The notes under the pieces are model-generated. The model was given only the letters and a program-made list of their open reading frames with translations. It searched no databases and was not told the origin of the DNA. Positions 29,920 through 40,467 of a stretch of DNA of 64,000 nucleotides are shown piece after piece. This DNA is from Anaerotignum sp. (GTDB lineage: Bacteria > Bacillota > Clostridia > Lachnospirales > Anaerotignaceae), in NCBI RefSeq assembly GCF_040307045.1, contig NZ_JAWRKF010000005.1:56834-120833 (forward strand), written 5' to 3'. Made by a program: the position numbers and the translations under genes. Positions within the stretch are counted from its first letter, which is position 1. Each line of letters opens with the position of its first letter.

Positions 29920-29982
29920 GTTCTTTCCTCCATTCCCACTTGGCTTTTGTACTTTGCAAATGCCACACTTTTCCACTCGTTT

Positions 29983-30459
29983 TTATCTTTTAATAGATTT
30001 TACTTCAAATTCAGCTTCTCCGTCAGGTGTATCGATCTTTATTCTCTCCCCGGTTGTATGTCCCAATAACGCCATACCTACTGGAGACTCATTAGAAATA
30101 CGTCCATTCATGGGATCCGCTTCTGCTGAACCAACGATTGTGTAATTCATAATTTCATCGAATTCTATATCATAGAGCTCTACTGTCGAACCTAGACCAA
30201 TGACGTCATTGGAAACTTCATCGTCATCAATAACCTCTGCATTACGCAGCATTTTTTCAAGAACCACAATTCTTGCTTCAATTTCGGCCTGTTCTTCCTT
30301 TGCAGCGTCATATTCCGCATTCTCAGACAAGTCCCCCTGTCCTCTTGCCTCTTTAATCTTCTCTGCTACTTCTTTTCTTCTGACGGTTTTCAGGTTTTCC
30401 AGTTCATCTTCCATCTTTTTCAAACCTTCATAAGTCAAAACAACCTTTTTATCTGCCAT
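29983..30459 (-). CDS. greA: Transcription elongation factor GreA
   Basis: MADKKVVLTYEGLKKMEDELENLK coiled-coil N-terminus and a GreA C-terminal domain. 158 aa when started from the ATG at 30459. Confidence 0.9.
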   Translation of the reverse strand: MADKKVVLTYEGLKKMEDELENLKTVRRKEVAEKIKEARGQGDLSENAEYDAAKEEQAEIEARIVVLEKMLRNAEVIDDDEVSNDVIGLGSTVELYDIEFDEIMNYTIVGSAEADPMNGRISNESPVGMALLGHTTGERIKIDTPDGEAEFEVKSIKR

Positions 30460-30627
30460 GGCCGTCGTCATCTCCCTTTTTTCCCGGAACTCTCCGTATT
30501 TTTTCAACTTCCTTGTCAATACCGCATATACAAGGAAAAAAGAGGGCCTTGACCCTCAAAATTCATTGATAAATTATATACTACTTAAAGAAGGGTTGTC
30601 AATCTTTTATACCCCAAAATATCGAAA

Positions 30628-31560
30628 TTATCCTTGATTTTTCGCAATTTTTACCCGTTTACCAAGTGCAAAAAATCCTGCCACCAAAAAGCCCTTCTCC
30701 TTTAATCCCAAATACATATCTCTAGCTTCTTCCTTTGGAAAATGTTCCATCCAAAAACTTCGAAAGGCCATATCGCTAATGAATGCCTCTGCCTCTGCCT
30801 TTCTGCATTCCATCTGTCGTCCATCATAACTAAAATAAAACCCTTCCGTCACCGCAACGTCCCACCGCCTCTGTACCAATCTACGCAGTGCAGGGCGATT
30901 TCCAACGGCATCAACAAAAACAGCATATCTTTTTAAAATATGCTCATAACCTGTTTGTTCCATACCACAAACAATAACAACATCCGCCTCTGTAAATAAT
31001 TGGTTTTTGGGGGATGAAAAAGCTTCTGTAAGCAAGCCTCTCTCAACAAAAAGATCTTCTTGAATTTCCTCCATCTCCCCAATGTTATCCACAAAAAATG
31101 AAAGATGATTCACATAATCACCTATGCCAGCCAAAACCAAGGGCAAAACATCAGCATCATTACCCGCTATTAAATAATGCGCTTCCTCCGGATTTTTTCC
31201 CTGTCGCCGCAATGCCTCCTGAGCTCCATCAAAAGCAAATAAAGCAGACATAACCCGCCCCCTGGCAACAGGCAAAATTTTTTGCGGAAATTCCCCTTCG
31301 TAAGGTGGTATTACAATCCCCGCGCCCTCCGCGGCTAAGGTTTTTACCATATCTTCTGCCTTTTCTCGCCAGGACGCCGGCAGCCCTTGCCCCGCAGCAA
31401 AAGATAAAATGCCATACAGCACATTATCCTTTTCCTCAATGGTAAAGGGTTTTTTCGAAAGAATATACTTTTTTCTCATAGTATCTGGCAAAATTTGTGT
31501 CCAACCAGGTAATGTTATGTTCTCTCCCTTTTCTAAAAATCGAACCTCCGCAATTTTCAT
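30628..31560 (-). CDS. Conserved-looking hypothetical protein (310 aa)
   Basis: The ATG at 31560 is preceded by AAAGGGGGAGATAAT. I recognise no family motif. Confidence 0.55.
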   Translation of the reverse strand: MKIAEVRFLEKGENITLPGWTQILPDTMRKKYILSKKPFTIEEKDNVLYGILSFAAGQGLPASWREKAEDMVKTLAAEGAGIVIPPYEGEFPQKILPVARGRVMSALFAFDGAQEALRRQGKNPEEAHYLIAGNDADVLPLVLAGIGDYVNHLSFFVDNIGEMEEIQEDLFVERGLLTEAFSSPKNQLFTEADVVIVCGMEQTGYEHILKRYAVFVDAVGNRPALRRLVQRRWDVAVTEGFYFSYDGRQMECRKAEAEAFISDMAFRSFWMEHFPKEEARDMYLGLKEKGFLVAGFFALGKRVKIAKNQG

Positions 31561-32000
31561 ATTATCTCCCCCTTTGAGATTTTTAGTTATGTACTTGTTG
31601 TCATACATTGTTCCGCAATAAACACCCTTGTAGCCAATCTCAGCACCTCCGAAATATATTTATCCCCCATTCGTCAGAGGTTGTTTGTATTTTTATACAA
31701 TATCAATCCCATGTTTACCAACTTATTTTGTTTTAAAAAATATACATTAATTTCATTTTTACTATAATTATATATGTTTTAAATCTAATACAATCTATGT
31801 ATAGTAAAATTATACAAAAAATATTTTTTTACACCTTTTTGACCTGTTTTCCAATAAATATATTTGGTGAAATATTGACAACTACTCTGTAATAAACTAT
31901 CATAAAGTTATCAAAAATGTTTTTACCCTGTATCATAAATTTTAGATACAGGCTGAATTTTTATGGAATAATGTATACTGTATATGAAAGGAGCTTTCTC

Positions 32001-35000
32001 ATGAATCCTAAAATCATGAAAACCATGGATGGTAATGAAGCTGCTGCGTATATTTCCTACGCTTTTACCGAAGTCGCTACCATCTATCCTATCACCCCAT
32101 CCTCCCCTATGGCAGAACACGTTGACACTTGGTCTGCAAATGGAAAGAAAAATCTCTTTGGCCAAACAGTACGTTTGGTTGAAATGGAGTCCGAAGCTGG
32201 TGCTGCTGGTGCAATGCACGGTGCATTGGAAGCAGGTACTTTAACTACTACTTATACTGCCTCTCAAGGTCTTTTATTAATGATTCCTCCTATGTATCGT
32301 ATCGCTGGTCAGTTGAAACCTGGTGTTTTCCACGTTAGCTCTAGAACCGTAGGTACCCATGCATTTTCCATCTTTGGAGATCACTCCGACGTAATGAGTT
32401 GTCGCCAAATCGGTTGTGCCATGCTTTCTTCTGCTTCCGTTCAGGAAGTTATGGATTTGGGCGGTGTGGCTCACTTAGCAGCAATTAAGGGCAGCGTGCC
32501 TTTTATCCACTACTTCGACGGTTTCCGTACTTCCCATGAATTACAGAAAATTGAAGTAATGGATTACGAAAAAATCGGAAAATTGTTGGATCAGGATGCA
32601 TTAAGAAGCTTCCGCAAAAATGCGTTAAACCCTGAACGCCCTGTACAGCGTTCCATCGTGCAAAATCCCGATGTTTTCTTCCAGAATAGAGAAGCATGCT
32701 CTCCTTTTTATAAGAGACTTCCTGCCATTGTGGAAGATTATATGAATGAAATCAATAAAATCACAGGCAGAAATTATAAGCTTTTCAATTACTTTGGTGC
32801 TGCAGATGCAGAACACGTAATTATCGCCATGGGTTCCGTTTCGGGCGCAGTTCAGGAAGTTGTTGAGTTCCTAACCGAAAAAGGCGAAAAAGTTGGTTTC
32901 TTACAGGTTCATTTGTATCGTCCTTTCTCTATGGATCACTTTATGGCAGCTCTGCCTGAAACAGCAAAAATCATTACTGTTATGGACAGAACAAAAGAAC
33001 CCGGTGCATTGGGCGAACCCCTCTACGAAGATGTTTGTTCCGCTTTAATGGAAAAAGGCAGAACACCCCTGGTTCTTGCCGGCAGGTACGGCCTTTCTTC
33101 CAAAGATGTGACACCTGCTCAAATTGTTTCCGTTTTTGACAATATGAAGGGCGAAAAGAGAAACCACTTCACTGTTGGTATCAACGACGATGTTAGTATG
33201 ACATCACTTAGCGTTGGCCCAGAACCTGAAGTAACAAATGCATCCACAATTGCTTGCAAATTCTGGGGTCTAGGCTCCGATGGTACGGTTGGTGCCAATA
33301 AAAATTCCATCAAAATCATTGGTGACCATACCGATAAATATGCGCAGGCATACTTCGAATATGACACTAAGAAGTCCGGTGGTATCACAAAAAGCCATTT
33401 ACGCTTTGGTGATGTGCCTATTCGCTCCAGTTATTTGGTATTTAAGGCTGACTTTGTTGCTTGTCATCAGCAGTCTTATATCAGCAAATATGATATTGTG
33501 TCCGAAATCAAGCCTGGTGGTACATTCCTCTTGAATTGCGGTTGGAAAGGTGAAGAACTGGAAGCACATCTGCCAGCAGAAGTGAAAAGATACATTGCAA
33601 GCAACAATATTGATTTCTACACCATAGACGCCGTAGAAATCTGCCGTGAAATCGGTTTGGGTAACAGAACAAACTCTGTCTTACAGTCCGCTTTCTTTAA
33701 GTTGGCAAACATCATTCCTGCAGAAGATGCTGTTGGTTATATGAAAGCTGCCATCGAAAAATCCTATGGTAAAAAGGGAGAAAAGATTGTTAATATGAAC
33801 TTTGCAGCTGTGGATGCAGGTTTAAGCGGTCTGGTTAAAATCGACGTACCTGAAAGCTGGAAAGATGCAAAAGATGTGAGTAAAGAAGATGCAAAACGCA
33901 TCCTCCCCGAATATGTTGAAAAACTTTTAATTCCCATGAATGCGCAAAAAGGTGATACTTTGCCTGTATCCGTGTTCTTAGGAAGAGAAGATGGAACTGC
34001 CCCTCTGGGTACTTCTGCCTATGAAAAGCGTGGTGTAGCCATCGATGTACCCCAATGGAATATTAGCAACTGTATTCAGTGTAACCAATGTTCCTACGTT
34101 TGCCCTCATGCTTGTATCCGTCCTTTCTTGTTAACGGATGAGGAAGCTGAAAAGGCTCCTGAAGGCTATGAAACAAAGAGAGCAAATGGTGCAGGAGAAA
34201 TTACAAAATATCAGTATCGTATTCAGGTAGACCCATTGGATTGCCAGGGCTGTGGGGCTTGTGTTGTTGCATGCCCAGCAAAGGAAAAGGCACTGACTAT
34301 GAAGCCATTGGATACACAAATAGGCGAGATGACAAACTGGGATTATTCCTTATCCCTATCCTATAAAGAAAACCCTATGGACAAATATAGCGTAAAAGGC
34401 AGTCAGTTCGAACAGCCTTTGCTTGAGTTCTCCGGTGCTTGCGCAGGTTGTGGTGAAACACCTTACGCAAAATTGATGACACAGCTTTATGGCGACAGAA
34501 TGTACCTTGCCAATGCAACAGGTTGTACTCAGGCTTGGGGCGCTGCTGCACCTTGTGTGCCTTATACAACAAACAAAGATGGTTGGGGTCCTGCTTGGAG
34601 TAACTCCCTCTTTGAAAATAACGCCCAGTTCTCCTTAGGTATGGTTTTGGCTGTTGAACAGCAAAGAGAACGTGTGGCAATGCAGTTGAAAGATTTAATG
34701 GCAGTTTGCGACGATGCAGAGTTCCAGTCCACTGCAAAAGCTTGGTTTGATCATTATGATGATGGTCATAGAAGCAAAGAAGATTCCTTAGCATTAATTG
34801 CTGCTTTGAAACAAGCACCAATTTCTGCTGAAGGCGCAGAACTAAAAGCCTTTATTCTGGATAATAAAGAGCACCTAACCAAAAAATCCATGTGGATGTA
34901 TGGCGGTGATGGTTGGGCTTATGATATCGGCTACGGCGGTTTAGATCACGTTTTGGCATCAGGTGCAGACGTAAATGTATTGGTTGTGGATACCGAAGTA

Positions 35001-35531
35001 TACTCCAATACTGGCGGTCAGTCCTCTAAGGCAACACCTATCGGCGCAGTTGCACAGTTTGCCGCCGGTGGTAAACCTACTGTTAAGAAAGACTTAGGTA
35101 TGCTGGCTATGAGCTATGGCTATATCTATGTTGCACAGGTGGCATTGGGAGCAAACCCCGCACAGCTGATTAAAGCAATGAAAGAGGCGGAAGCGTACAA
35201 AGGACCATCCTTAATTATCGCTTATGCACCTTGTATAAACCACGGTATTATGAAGGGTATGGCCAACGCACAGCTAGAAACAAAGATGGCAGTGGATTCT
35301 GGATATTGGTTCCTTTATCGCTATAACCCAGATTTGAAAAAAGAAGGCAAAAATCCGTTCATTTTAGACTCCAAAGAGCCAACTATGGATTATAATGACT
35401 TCATTATGGGCGAGGTTCGTTATTCCTCTTTGGTTCGTACCTTCCCCGAAACTGCAAAAGTTTTGTTGAAAGAAGCAGCTGAGCAAGCAAAACAGAAATA
35501 TGAAACTTATAAAAAAATGGCAGAACAGTAA
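32001..35531 (+). CDS. nifJ: Pyruvate:ferredoxin (flavodoxin) oxidoreductase
   Basis: About 1176 aa from the ATG at 32001 (after AAAGGAG). MDGNEAAAYISYAF N-terminus. Two ferredoxin-type motifs (CIQCNQCSYVCPHA and CQGCGACVVACP). TPP region GGDGWAYDIGYGGLDH. Confidence 0.93.
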   Translation: MNPKIMKTMDGNEAAAYISYAFTEVATIYPITPSSPMAEHVDTWSANGKKNLFGQTVRLVEMESEAGAAGAMHGALEAGTLTTTYTASQGLLLMIPPMYRIAGQLKPGVFHVSSRTVGTHAFSIFGDHSDVMSCRQIGCAMLSSASVQEVMDLGGVAHLAAIKGSVPFIHYFDGFRTSHELQKIEVMDYEKIGKLLDQDALRSFRKNALNPERPVQRSIVQNPDVFFQNREACSPFYKRLPAIVEDYMNEINKITGRNYKLFNYFGAADAEHVIIAMGSVSGAVQEVVEFLTEKGEKVGFLQVHLYRPFSMDHFMAALPETAKIITVMDRTKEPGALGEPLYEDVCSALMEKGRTPLVLAGRYGLSSKDVTPAQIVSVFDNMKGEKRNHFTVGINDDVSMTSLSVGPEPEVTNASTIACKFWGLGSDGTVGANKNSIKIIGDHTDKYAQAYFEYDTKKSGGITKSHLRFGDVPIRSSYLVFKADFVACHQQSYISKYDIVSEIKPGGTFLLNCGWKGEELEAHLPAEVKRYIASNNIDFYTIDAVEICREIGLGNRTNSVLQSAFFKLANIIPAEDAVGYMKAAIEKSYGKKGEKIVNMNFAAVDAGLSGLVKIDVPESWKDAKDVSKEDAKRILPEYVEKLLIPMNAQKGDTLPVSVFLGREDGTAPLGTSAYEKRGVAIDVPQWNISNCIQCNQCSYVCPHACIRPFLLTDEEAEKAPEGYETKRANGAGEITKYQYRIQVDPLDCQGCGACVVACPAKEKALTMKPLDTQIGEMTNWDYSLSLSYKENPMDKYSVKGSQFEQPLLEFSGACAGCGETPYAKLMTQLYGDRMYLANATGCTQAWGAAAPCVPYTTNKDGWGPAWSNSLFENNAQFSLGMVLAVEQQRERVAMQLKDLMAVCDDAEFQSTAKAWFDHYDDGHRSKEDSLALIAALKQAPISAEGAELKAFILDNKEHLTKKSMWMYGGDGWAYDIGYGGLDHVLASGADVNVLVVDTEVYSNTGGQSSKATPIGAVAQFAAGGKPTVKKDLGMLAMSYGYIYVAQVALGANPAQLIKAMKEAEAYKGPSLIIAYAPCINHGIMKGMANAQLETKMAVDSGYWFLYRYNPDLKKEGKNPFILDSKEPTMDYNDFIMGEVRYSSLVRTFPETAKVLLKEAAEQAKQKYETYKKMAEQ

Positions 35532-35582
35532 TTCGCCTGCCAAATTTATAATGAAGCATTCGTATCTACCCTAATAAATACT

Positions 35583-35626
35583 AGAAAGAGTATCATTCTC
35601 CAAAATGATACTCTTTCTTTTTTTTG
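35583..35626 (+). terminator. Intrinsic terminator of the PFOR gene
   Basis: Perfect 15-bp stem AGAAAGAGTATCATT/AATGATACTCTTTCT with a 6-nt loop and a T-run. Confidence 0.8.
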
Positions 35627-35825
35627 ATAAAAAAAGCTGTGTAGACTAATCATAAAAAATATATCTAAATCTTCAAAACTACAATTGGCATTAACACGCC
35701 TACCTAACTCTCTCTGGTTTTTCTCTGAAATGTTTTTTTGAATGGGATTAACAATGCATTTTAAAATAAAGATTATGTTATAATAGCTTTGATAAGGAAA
35801 TTTTAACTACCGAAAGGAGATTATT

Positions 35826-36482
35826 ATGAAAAATAGATTGCATATTCTTTTTGCTTGTGTTATTTTAATTACTTTTGTTTCCATGGGATGTGGCAACAAT
35901 ATAAAAACTTCGCCCGATACAGACGTGTCAACCTCAGATAAAAACTTTACCTCAACAAATGGGATGCCACTTTTAGAAACCGATTTGCAACAACTTTATG
36001 CAGACGCACAAGATATCTACTTAAAAATTGTTTTTGGTAGTTTTAACTGTGATACAACCAAAAAAATAGAAAAGGACAATTTTACTTATTATAAAGTAGA
36101 TGAACCCAATTATGAGTCCTTTGAATCCTTCAAGTCCTATTTAGCCAACTACTTTACCGAAGACTTTATAAATAGAGAAATTTTAAGCCCCGACAGCATT
36201 CGCTTTTTGAAGGCTGAAAATGGAGATTTGTATATGATGGATGCAAGCCGTGGAGCCAATATCTTTTATGCAGGGCATATCTTCCATGAAAGTATGGACA
36301 ATGAGAACCAGATCACCTTTACCGCTACAGCGTATTACTCAAATACCCAAGAAGCTTATGTCGGTGAACTGTTCTACGCTGAACCCCCAAACCCTCAAGA
36401 CTTTTCCACCCAAGACTTTACCTTTGCAATGGTAAAGGAAGGGGATTTTTGGAAATTTGATCAGTTTGCCTGCTTCTTCTAA
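35826..36482 (+). CDS. Lipoprotein of unknown function (possibly IseA-like)
   Basis: Lipobox FVSMGCGN. The rest is soluble and aromatic-rich. The IseA resemblance is an impression only. Confidence 0.65.
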   Translation: MKNRLHILFACVILITFVSMGCGNNIKTSPDTDVSTSDKNFTSTNGMPLLETDLQQLYADAQDIYLKIVFGSFNCDTTKKIEKDNFTYYKVDEPNYESFESFKSYLANYFTEDFINREILSPDSIRFLKAENGDLYMMDASRGANIFYAGHIFHESMDNENQITFTATAYYSNTQEAYVGELFYAEPPNPQDFSTQDFTFAMVKEGDFWKFDQFACFF

Positions 36483-36623
36483 ACTTAACAAGACCTTTTC
36501 ACATGCCATCTATCAAAACCTATGGATGAAAATTTTCAAAAAAATAAAATAATTAGAACTTTTTTATTTTTTTTGCGTCATACTAATAAAGATTTTGAAC
36601 GAATTGAATACAGGAGGAAATAT

Positions 36624-37196
36624 ATGAAAAAGAATACATTATTTATTTTGGGGTTAGCAGCTATCCTTACAATGGGAATTGCAACAGGCTGTGGAAACTC
36701 TGGAACAGTTGATTCAGGCTCAACAAACAACGGAGAACAAGTAAGTGTAGAAAGTGGTCTCATCTCTACCTTCCACGAAGCAATCCGCAACGCTTATGGT
36801 GATAACTACCTGCCCAACACCCAGTTAGATGAGGAAAGTTTTACACAAAAATATGGTGTGGACAAAAGCAATGTGAAAAACTTCTTGGCTGAAATCCCTA
36901 TGATTGGTACCTTCGTAGACACTTTGGTAATTGTAGAGACTCAAGAGGGTAAGGCTGATGCAGTAGAAGCCTCTTTAAACGAATATAGAGATGTCCTTTT
37001 GGCTGACACCATGCAATACCCAATGAATTTAGCAAAAATCAATTCATCCGTAGTATATCGCGTGGATGAATACGTATTCTTCATTATGTTAGGTGCTATT
37101 GATGAGGAAAACGAGGAGGAATCTGCACAGCTTTCTTTTGCACAAGATGAAGTGCAAAAAGCAATTGACGCCATCAATGAAGTTGTAAATCAATAA
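36624..37196 (+). CDS. Lipoprotein (DUF4358-like)
   Basis: The ATG at 36624 follows CAGGAGGAAATAT. Lipobox GIATGCGN. The track N-terminal extension is unsupported. Confidence 0.65.
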   Translation: MKKNTLFILGLAAILTMGIATGCGNSGTVDSGSTNNGEQVSVESGLISTFHEAIRNAYGDNYLPNTQLDEESFTQKYGVDKSNVKNFLAEIPMIGTFVDTLVIVETQEGKADAVEASLNEYRDVLLADTMQYPMNLAKINSSVVYRVDEYVFFIMLGAIDEENEEESAQLSFAQDEVQKAIDAINEVVNQ

Positions 37197-37248
37197 GTTT
37201 TCCAAAAGGGCAGAAAAATCTGCCCTTTTAAAATATAAGGAGTAAATT

Positions 37249-38667
37249 ATGGTTTTTAGCAGTATTCCATTCCTATTTTATTTTTTACCAGTGGTACTTG
37301 TTCTTTATTTTATAAGCCCACGCTCTTTGAAAAATGGGGTTCTTTTTCTATCCAGTTTGTTTTTCTATGCCTGGGGAGAGCCATTTTATGTACTAATCAT
37401 GATTTTTTCTACCATTGTAGATTACACCCACGGCATTTTTATTGAAAAATTTCTAAATCATTCTAAAAAGAAAAAAGCATGCCTTATTCTTATATCTTCT
37501 ATTATGATTAATTTGGCTTTGCTTTGTTTCTTTAAATATAGCGACTTTTTTATTTTAAACCTAAATAAAGCCATGGGTTGGGACATTACCCCTTTACAAC
37601 TGCCCCTACCTATAGGTATATCCTTTTATACATTTCAAACCATGAGTTATAGCATTGATGTTTACCGTGGTGACGTAAAGGCACAGAAAAACATCATCTC
37701 CTTTGGTGCATATGTGGCGCTATTTCCTCAGCTCATTGCAGGGCCTATTGTCCGATACCAAACCATTGCCCACCAGTTGGATGAACGAAAGGAAACCATG
37801 GACGCTTTTGCCCAGGGTGCTTTACGATTTATTCATGGGTTGGGAAAAAAAGTTCTTTTGGCCAATACCATCGGACTTTTGTGGGATACCATTTCAGCCA
37901 TGAACCCCCTTAGCCTCCCTGTAATAACAGCTTGGATTGGCTTGCTGGCCTTTGCATTTCAAATCTACTTTGATTTTTCAGGATATAGCGATATGGCTAT
38001 TGGCCTAGGGCAAATGCTAGGTTTTTCTTTCCCAGAAAATTTCAATTACCCCTATATCTCTCAAAGCATTACAGAATTCTGGCGAAGATGGCATATCTCT
38101 TTAGGCACTTGGTTTCGAGAATATGTGTATATCCCCTTGGGTGGCAATCGTAAGGGAGCCGCAAGAACCATTGTTAATATTTCTATCGTTTGGCTTCTTA
38201 CGGGCTTCTGGCACGGCGCCGCCTGGAACTTTATCCTTTGGGGCATTTATTTTGGTGTCTTATTAGTCATTGAAAAACAATTTTTGTTACGCATTTTGGC
38301 ACAAACCCCTGCTTTATTACGCCATGTTTATGCCTGCTTCTTTATTCTGATTGGTTGGTGTATCTTTGCATTCGACGATATCAATCAGGTATGGACGTAT
38401 TTAAAAACCTTATTTGGCCTAAACGGTAATTCCTATTGGGATACACAAACCCTGTATTTCCTTTCCTCCTATGGCCTGCTTCTTGCTATTATGGTAATAA
38501 GCAGCACCCCCATGCCCAAACTCATAGGCAATACTCTTTGGAAAGAAAAAAGGGATACCCTGGCCTATGGCATTGCAACTACCATTTTTATGGCGATCAT
38601 CTTCTTATTATGTGTAGCCTTTATAATAAATTCGTCCTACAACCCATTTATGTATTTTAGATTTTAA
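37249..38667 (+). CDS. MBOAT-family membrane O-acyltransferase (AlgI/DltB-like)
   Basis: Polytopic protein. MBOAT motifs include FWRRWHISLGTWFREYVYIPLGGNR and WHGAAWNF (conserved His). Confidence 0.88.
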   Translation: MVFSSIPFLFYFLPVVLVLYFISPRSLKNGVLFLSSLFFYAWGEPFYVLIMIFSTIVDYTHGIFIEKFLNHSKKKKACLILISSIMINLALLCFFKYSDFFILNLNKAMGWDITPLQLPLPIGISFYTFQTMSYSIDVYRGDVKAQKNIISFGAYVALFPQLIAGPIVRYQTIAHQLDERKETMDAFAQGALRFIHGLGKKVLLANTIGLLWDTISAMNPLSLPVITAWIGLLAFAFQIYFDFSGYSDMAIGLGQMLGFSFPENFNYPYISQSITEFWRRWHISLGTWFREYVYIPLGGNRKGAARTIVNISIVWLLTGFWHGAAWNFILWGIYFGVLLVIEKQFLLRILAQTPALLRHVYACFFILIGWCIFAFDDINQVWTYLKTLFGLNGNSYWDTQTLYFLSSYGLLLAIMVISSTPMPKLIGNTLWKEKRDTLAYGIATTIFMAIIFLLCVAFIINSSYNPFMYFRF

Positions 38668-38678
38668 GGAGGCGATTT

Positions 38679-39797
38679 ATGAAATCAAATCATTATATGA
38701 TTACAATAACATTTGCCCTTCTCTTGGGGGGATTAACCGCATTAAATGCCATAACACCTGTTAAAGGTTTTTCTGAAAGTGAAAATCGTTATCTTGCTAC
38801 TTTTCCCAAGTTTTCCAGAGAAAAATTACTGGATGGTACATTTAACGCAGAATTTGAAACCTATACCACTGACCAGTTTCCCTTTCGGGACGCATTTATC
38901 GGCCTAAACGTAATGTCTGAATACTTGGTTGGAAAAAAAGACAGCAACGGCGTTTATTTTGGTGAGGATGGTTATTTATTTGAAAAAGTAGACACCATAA
39001 AAGAACAACAATTAGAAAAAAATATTCAGTCCCTAAAAACCTTTTTCCAAACCCTAATGGAAAAAAATATTACCCCTGTGGCTATGATTGTTCCTACCGC
39101 CCCATTTATACTAAGGGATAAGCTCCCGTCCTTTGCAACCCAATATGACCAACAACTCATTCTTGAAAAACTAGAGGGCGCACTGGGAGATAAGTTTTTA
39201 AATACCCTTTCCATTCTTTCGAAAAACCAAAATGATGATATTTACTATCGAACCGATCACCATTGGACAACAAAAGGTGCGTTTTTTGCCTATCAACAGC
39301 TTTGCCGCCATTGGGAATTTGTCATCCCTTCGGAGGATACCTATGCCAAAGAACTGGTTTCCGATTCCTTCTTAGGTACCGTCTATTCCAAGGTTCAATT
39401 GCCTTATATTCAGACAGACTCCATCTATCGCTATGTGGCCGATGATGGTATCCATGTCACCTATGACTATGAAAAGGAATCCGAGAGCTTATATCAAAAT
39501 GATGCATTAGCCAAAAGGGATAAATACGCCTACTTCTTAGACGGAAACCATGCCATCACAGAAATAAAAACGAACAGTGCCAACGGTAAGCATCTTTTGA
39601 TAATCAAAGATTCCTTTGCCCATTGTTTTGTCCCTTTCCTAACTGCAAACTTTGAAACAATAACTATGATTGACTATCGGTATTTTAATGGTTCTACAAA
39701 AGAACTTCTTGCAACCCAAAGCATTACAGATGTATTAGTTTTATATAACTCTATAAATTTTGCTGAGGACACGGACTTTTACGCCATAAAACGTTAA
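38679..39797 (+). CDS. DHHW-family protein (AlgJ/AlgX-like SGNH acyl-transfer partner)
   Basis: N-terminal TM anchor and the signature YYRTDHHWT. Confidence 0.85.
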   Translation: MKSNHYMITITFALLLGGLTALNAITPVKGFSESENRYLATFPKFSREKLLDGTFNAEFETYTTDQFPFRDAFIGLNVMSEYLVGKKDSNGVYFGEDGYLFEKVDTIKEQQLEKNIQSLKTFFQTLMEKNITPVAMIVPTAPFILRDKLPSFATQYDQQLILEKLEGALGDKFLNTLSILSKNQNDDIYYRTDHHWTTKGAFFAYQQLCRHWEFVIPSEDTYAKELVSDSFLGTVYSKVQLPYIQTDSIYRYVADDGIHVTYDYEKESESLYQNDALAKRDKYAYFLDGNHAITEIKTNSANGKHLLIIKDSFAHCFVPFLTANFETITMIDYRYFNGSTKELLATQSITDVLVLYNSINFAEDTDFYAIKR

Positions 39798-39846
39798 CAC
39801 AAACAGTAACCTTATAACCTTATAACCTGAAATAAATACAAAACAA

Positions 39847-39888
39847 AAAAGCCTTTTGAAAGACTATACTTCTTATCAAAAGGCTTTT
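39847..39888. terminator. Bidirectional terminator between the DHHW gene and the cupin gene
   Basis: AAAAGCCTTTTGA (39847-39859) pairs with TCAAAAGGCTTTT (39876-39888). Confidence 0.7.
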
Positions 39889-39892
39889 CTCA

Positions 39893-40351
39893 TTAATGTT
39901 CGTGTTCCTCCGCTTCCTGAGCTGCTTGTTTGGTTGTATGAACAGTTCCGCTGGGATGATGTGGTGGTGCATAAATCGTATAAACTTTTAAAGGTTTGTT
40001 TCCAATGTTGATCAAATTATGCCACGTTCCTGCTGGAATAAAAATTGCATATTGACTATCCACATTACGTTGAAAATTCAATTTGTCCTTACTGCTTCCC
40101 ATTTGCACAACTCCAACGCCATCCTCCACTCGAATAAATTGATCCTCATCGGGGTGAATTTCAACCCCAATGTCCCCTCCTGGCGGAATACTCATTAGGG
40201 CTAATTGTAAATCCTTCCCCGTCCATAACACAGTTCGATAATTTTGGTTTTGCTTTGCCAGCATATTGATATTCGCCACAAAAGGATCAGGACCATAATC
40301 GGTAATTTGTGGCATACCAGATAAAAAATTTCGCATTCCATTTTGATTCAT
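39893..40351 (-). CDS. Cupin domain protein
   Basis: Cupin motifs GVEIHPDEDQFIRVEDG and IPAGTWHNLIN. Confidence 0.75.
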   Translation of the reverse strand: MNQNGMRNFLSGMPQITDYGPDPFVANINMLAKQNQNYRTVLWTGKDLQLALMSIPPGGDIGVEIHPDEDQFIRVEDGVGVVQMGSSKDKLNFQRNVDSQYAIFIPAGTWHNLINIGNKPLKVYTIYAPPHHPSGTVHTTKQAAQEAEEHEH

Positions 40352-40467
40352 TTTTTTCTTCCCCTTTTTCTTTTTAGTCTATTCTTATGTGTTTTAAGGG
40401 AAGTTTAGAAATTGTCCTGTGAAAGGGGTTGCTTTTTCCTTTTCATTCAAACTGTCCTAGCCTTTTA

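Noticed and set aside
28417-31608. N-terminal extensions in the ORF track for lysS (to 29976), greA (to 30519), cdaA (to 28088), the 326-aa hypothetical (to 31608), PFOR (from 31917), the HK (to 60404) and the RR (to 60988)
   Set aside because: The upstream start codons lack RBSs or overlap neighbouring genes or terminators. Internal starts with good Shine-Dalgarno spacing give family-typical N-termini.
39806-39832. Short tandem repeat AACCTTAT x2.5 immediately after the DHHW stop codon
   Set aside because: It is only about 21 bp, has no coding or structural context, and is most simply slippage noise.
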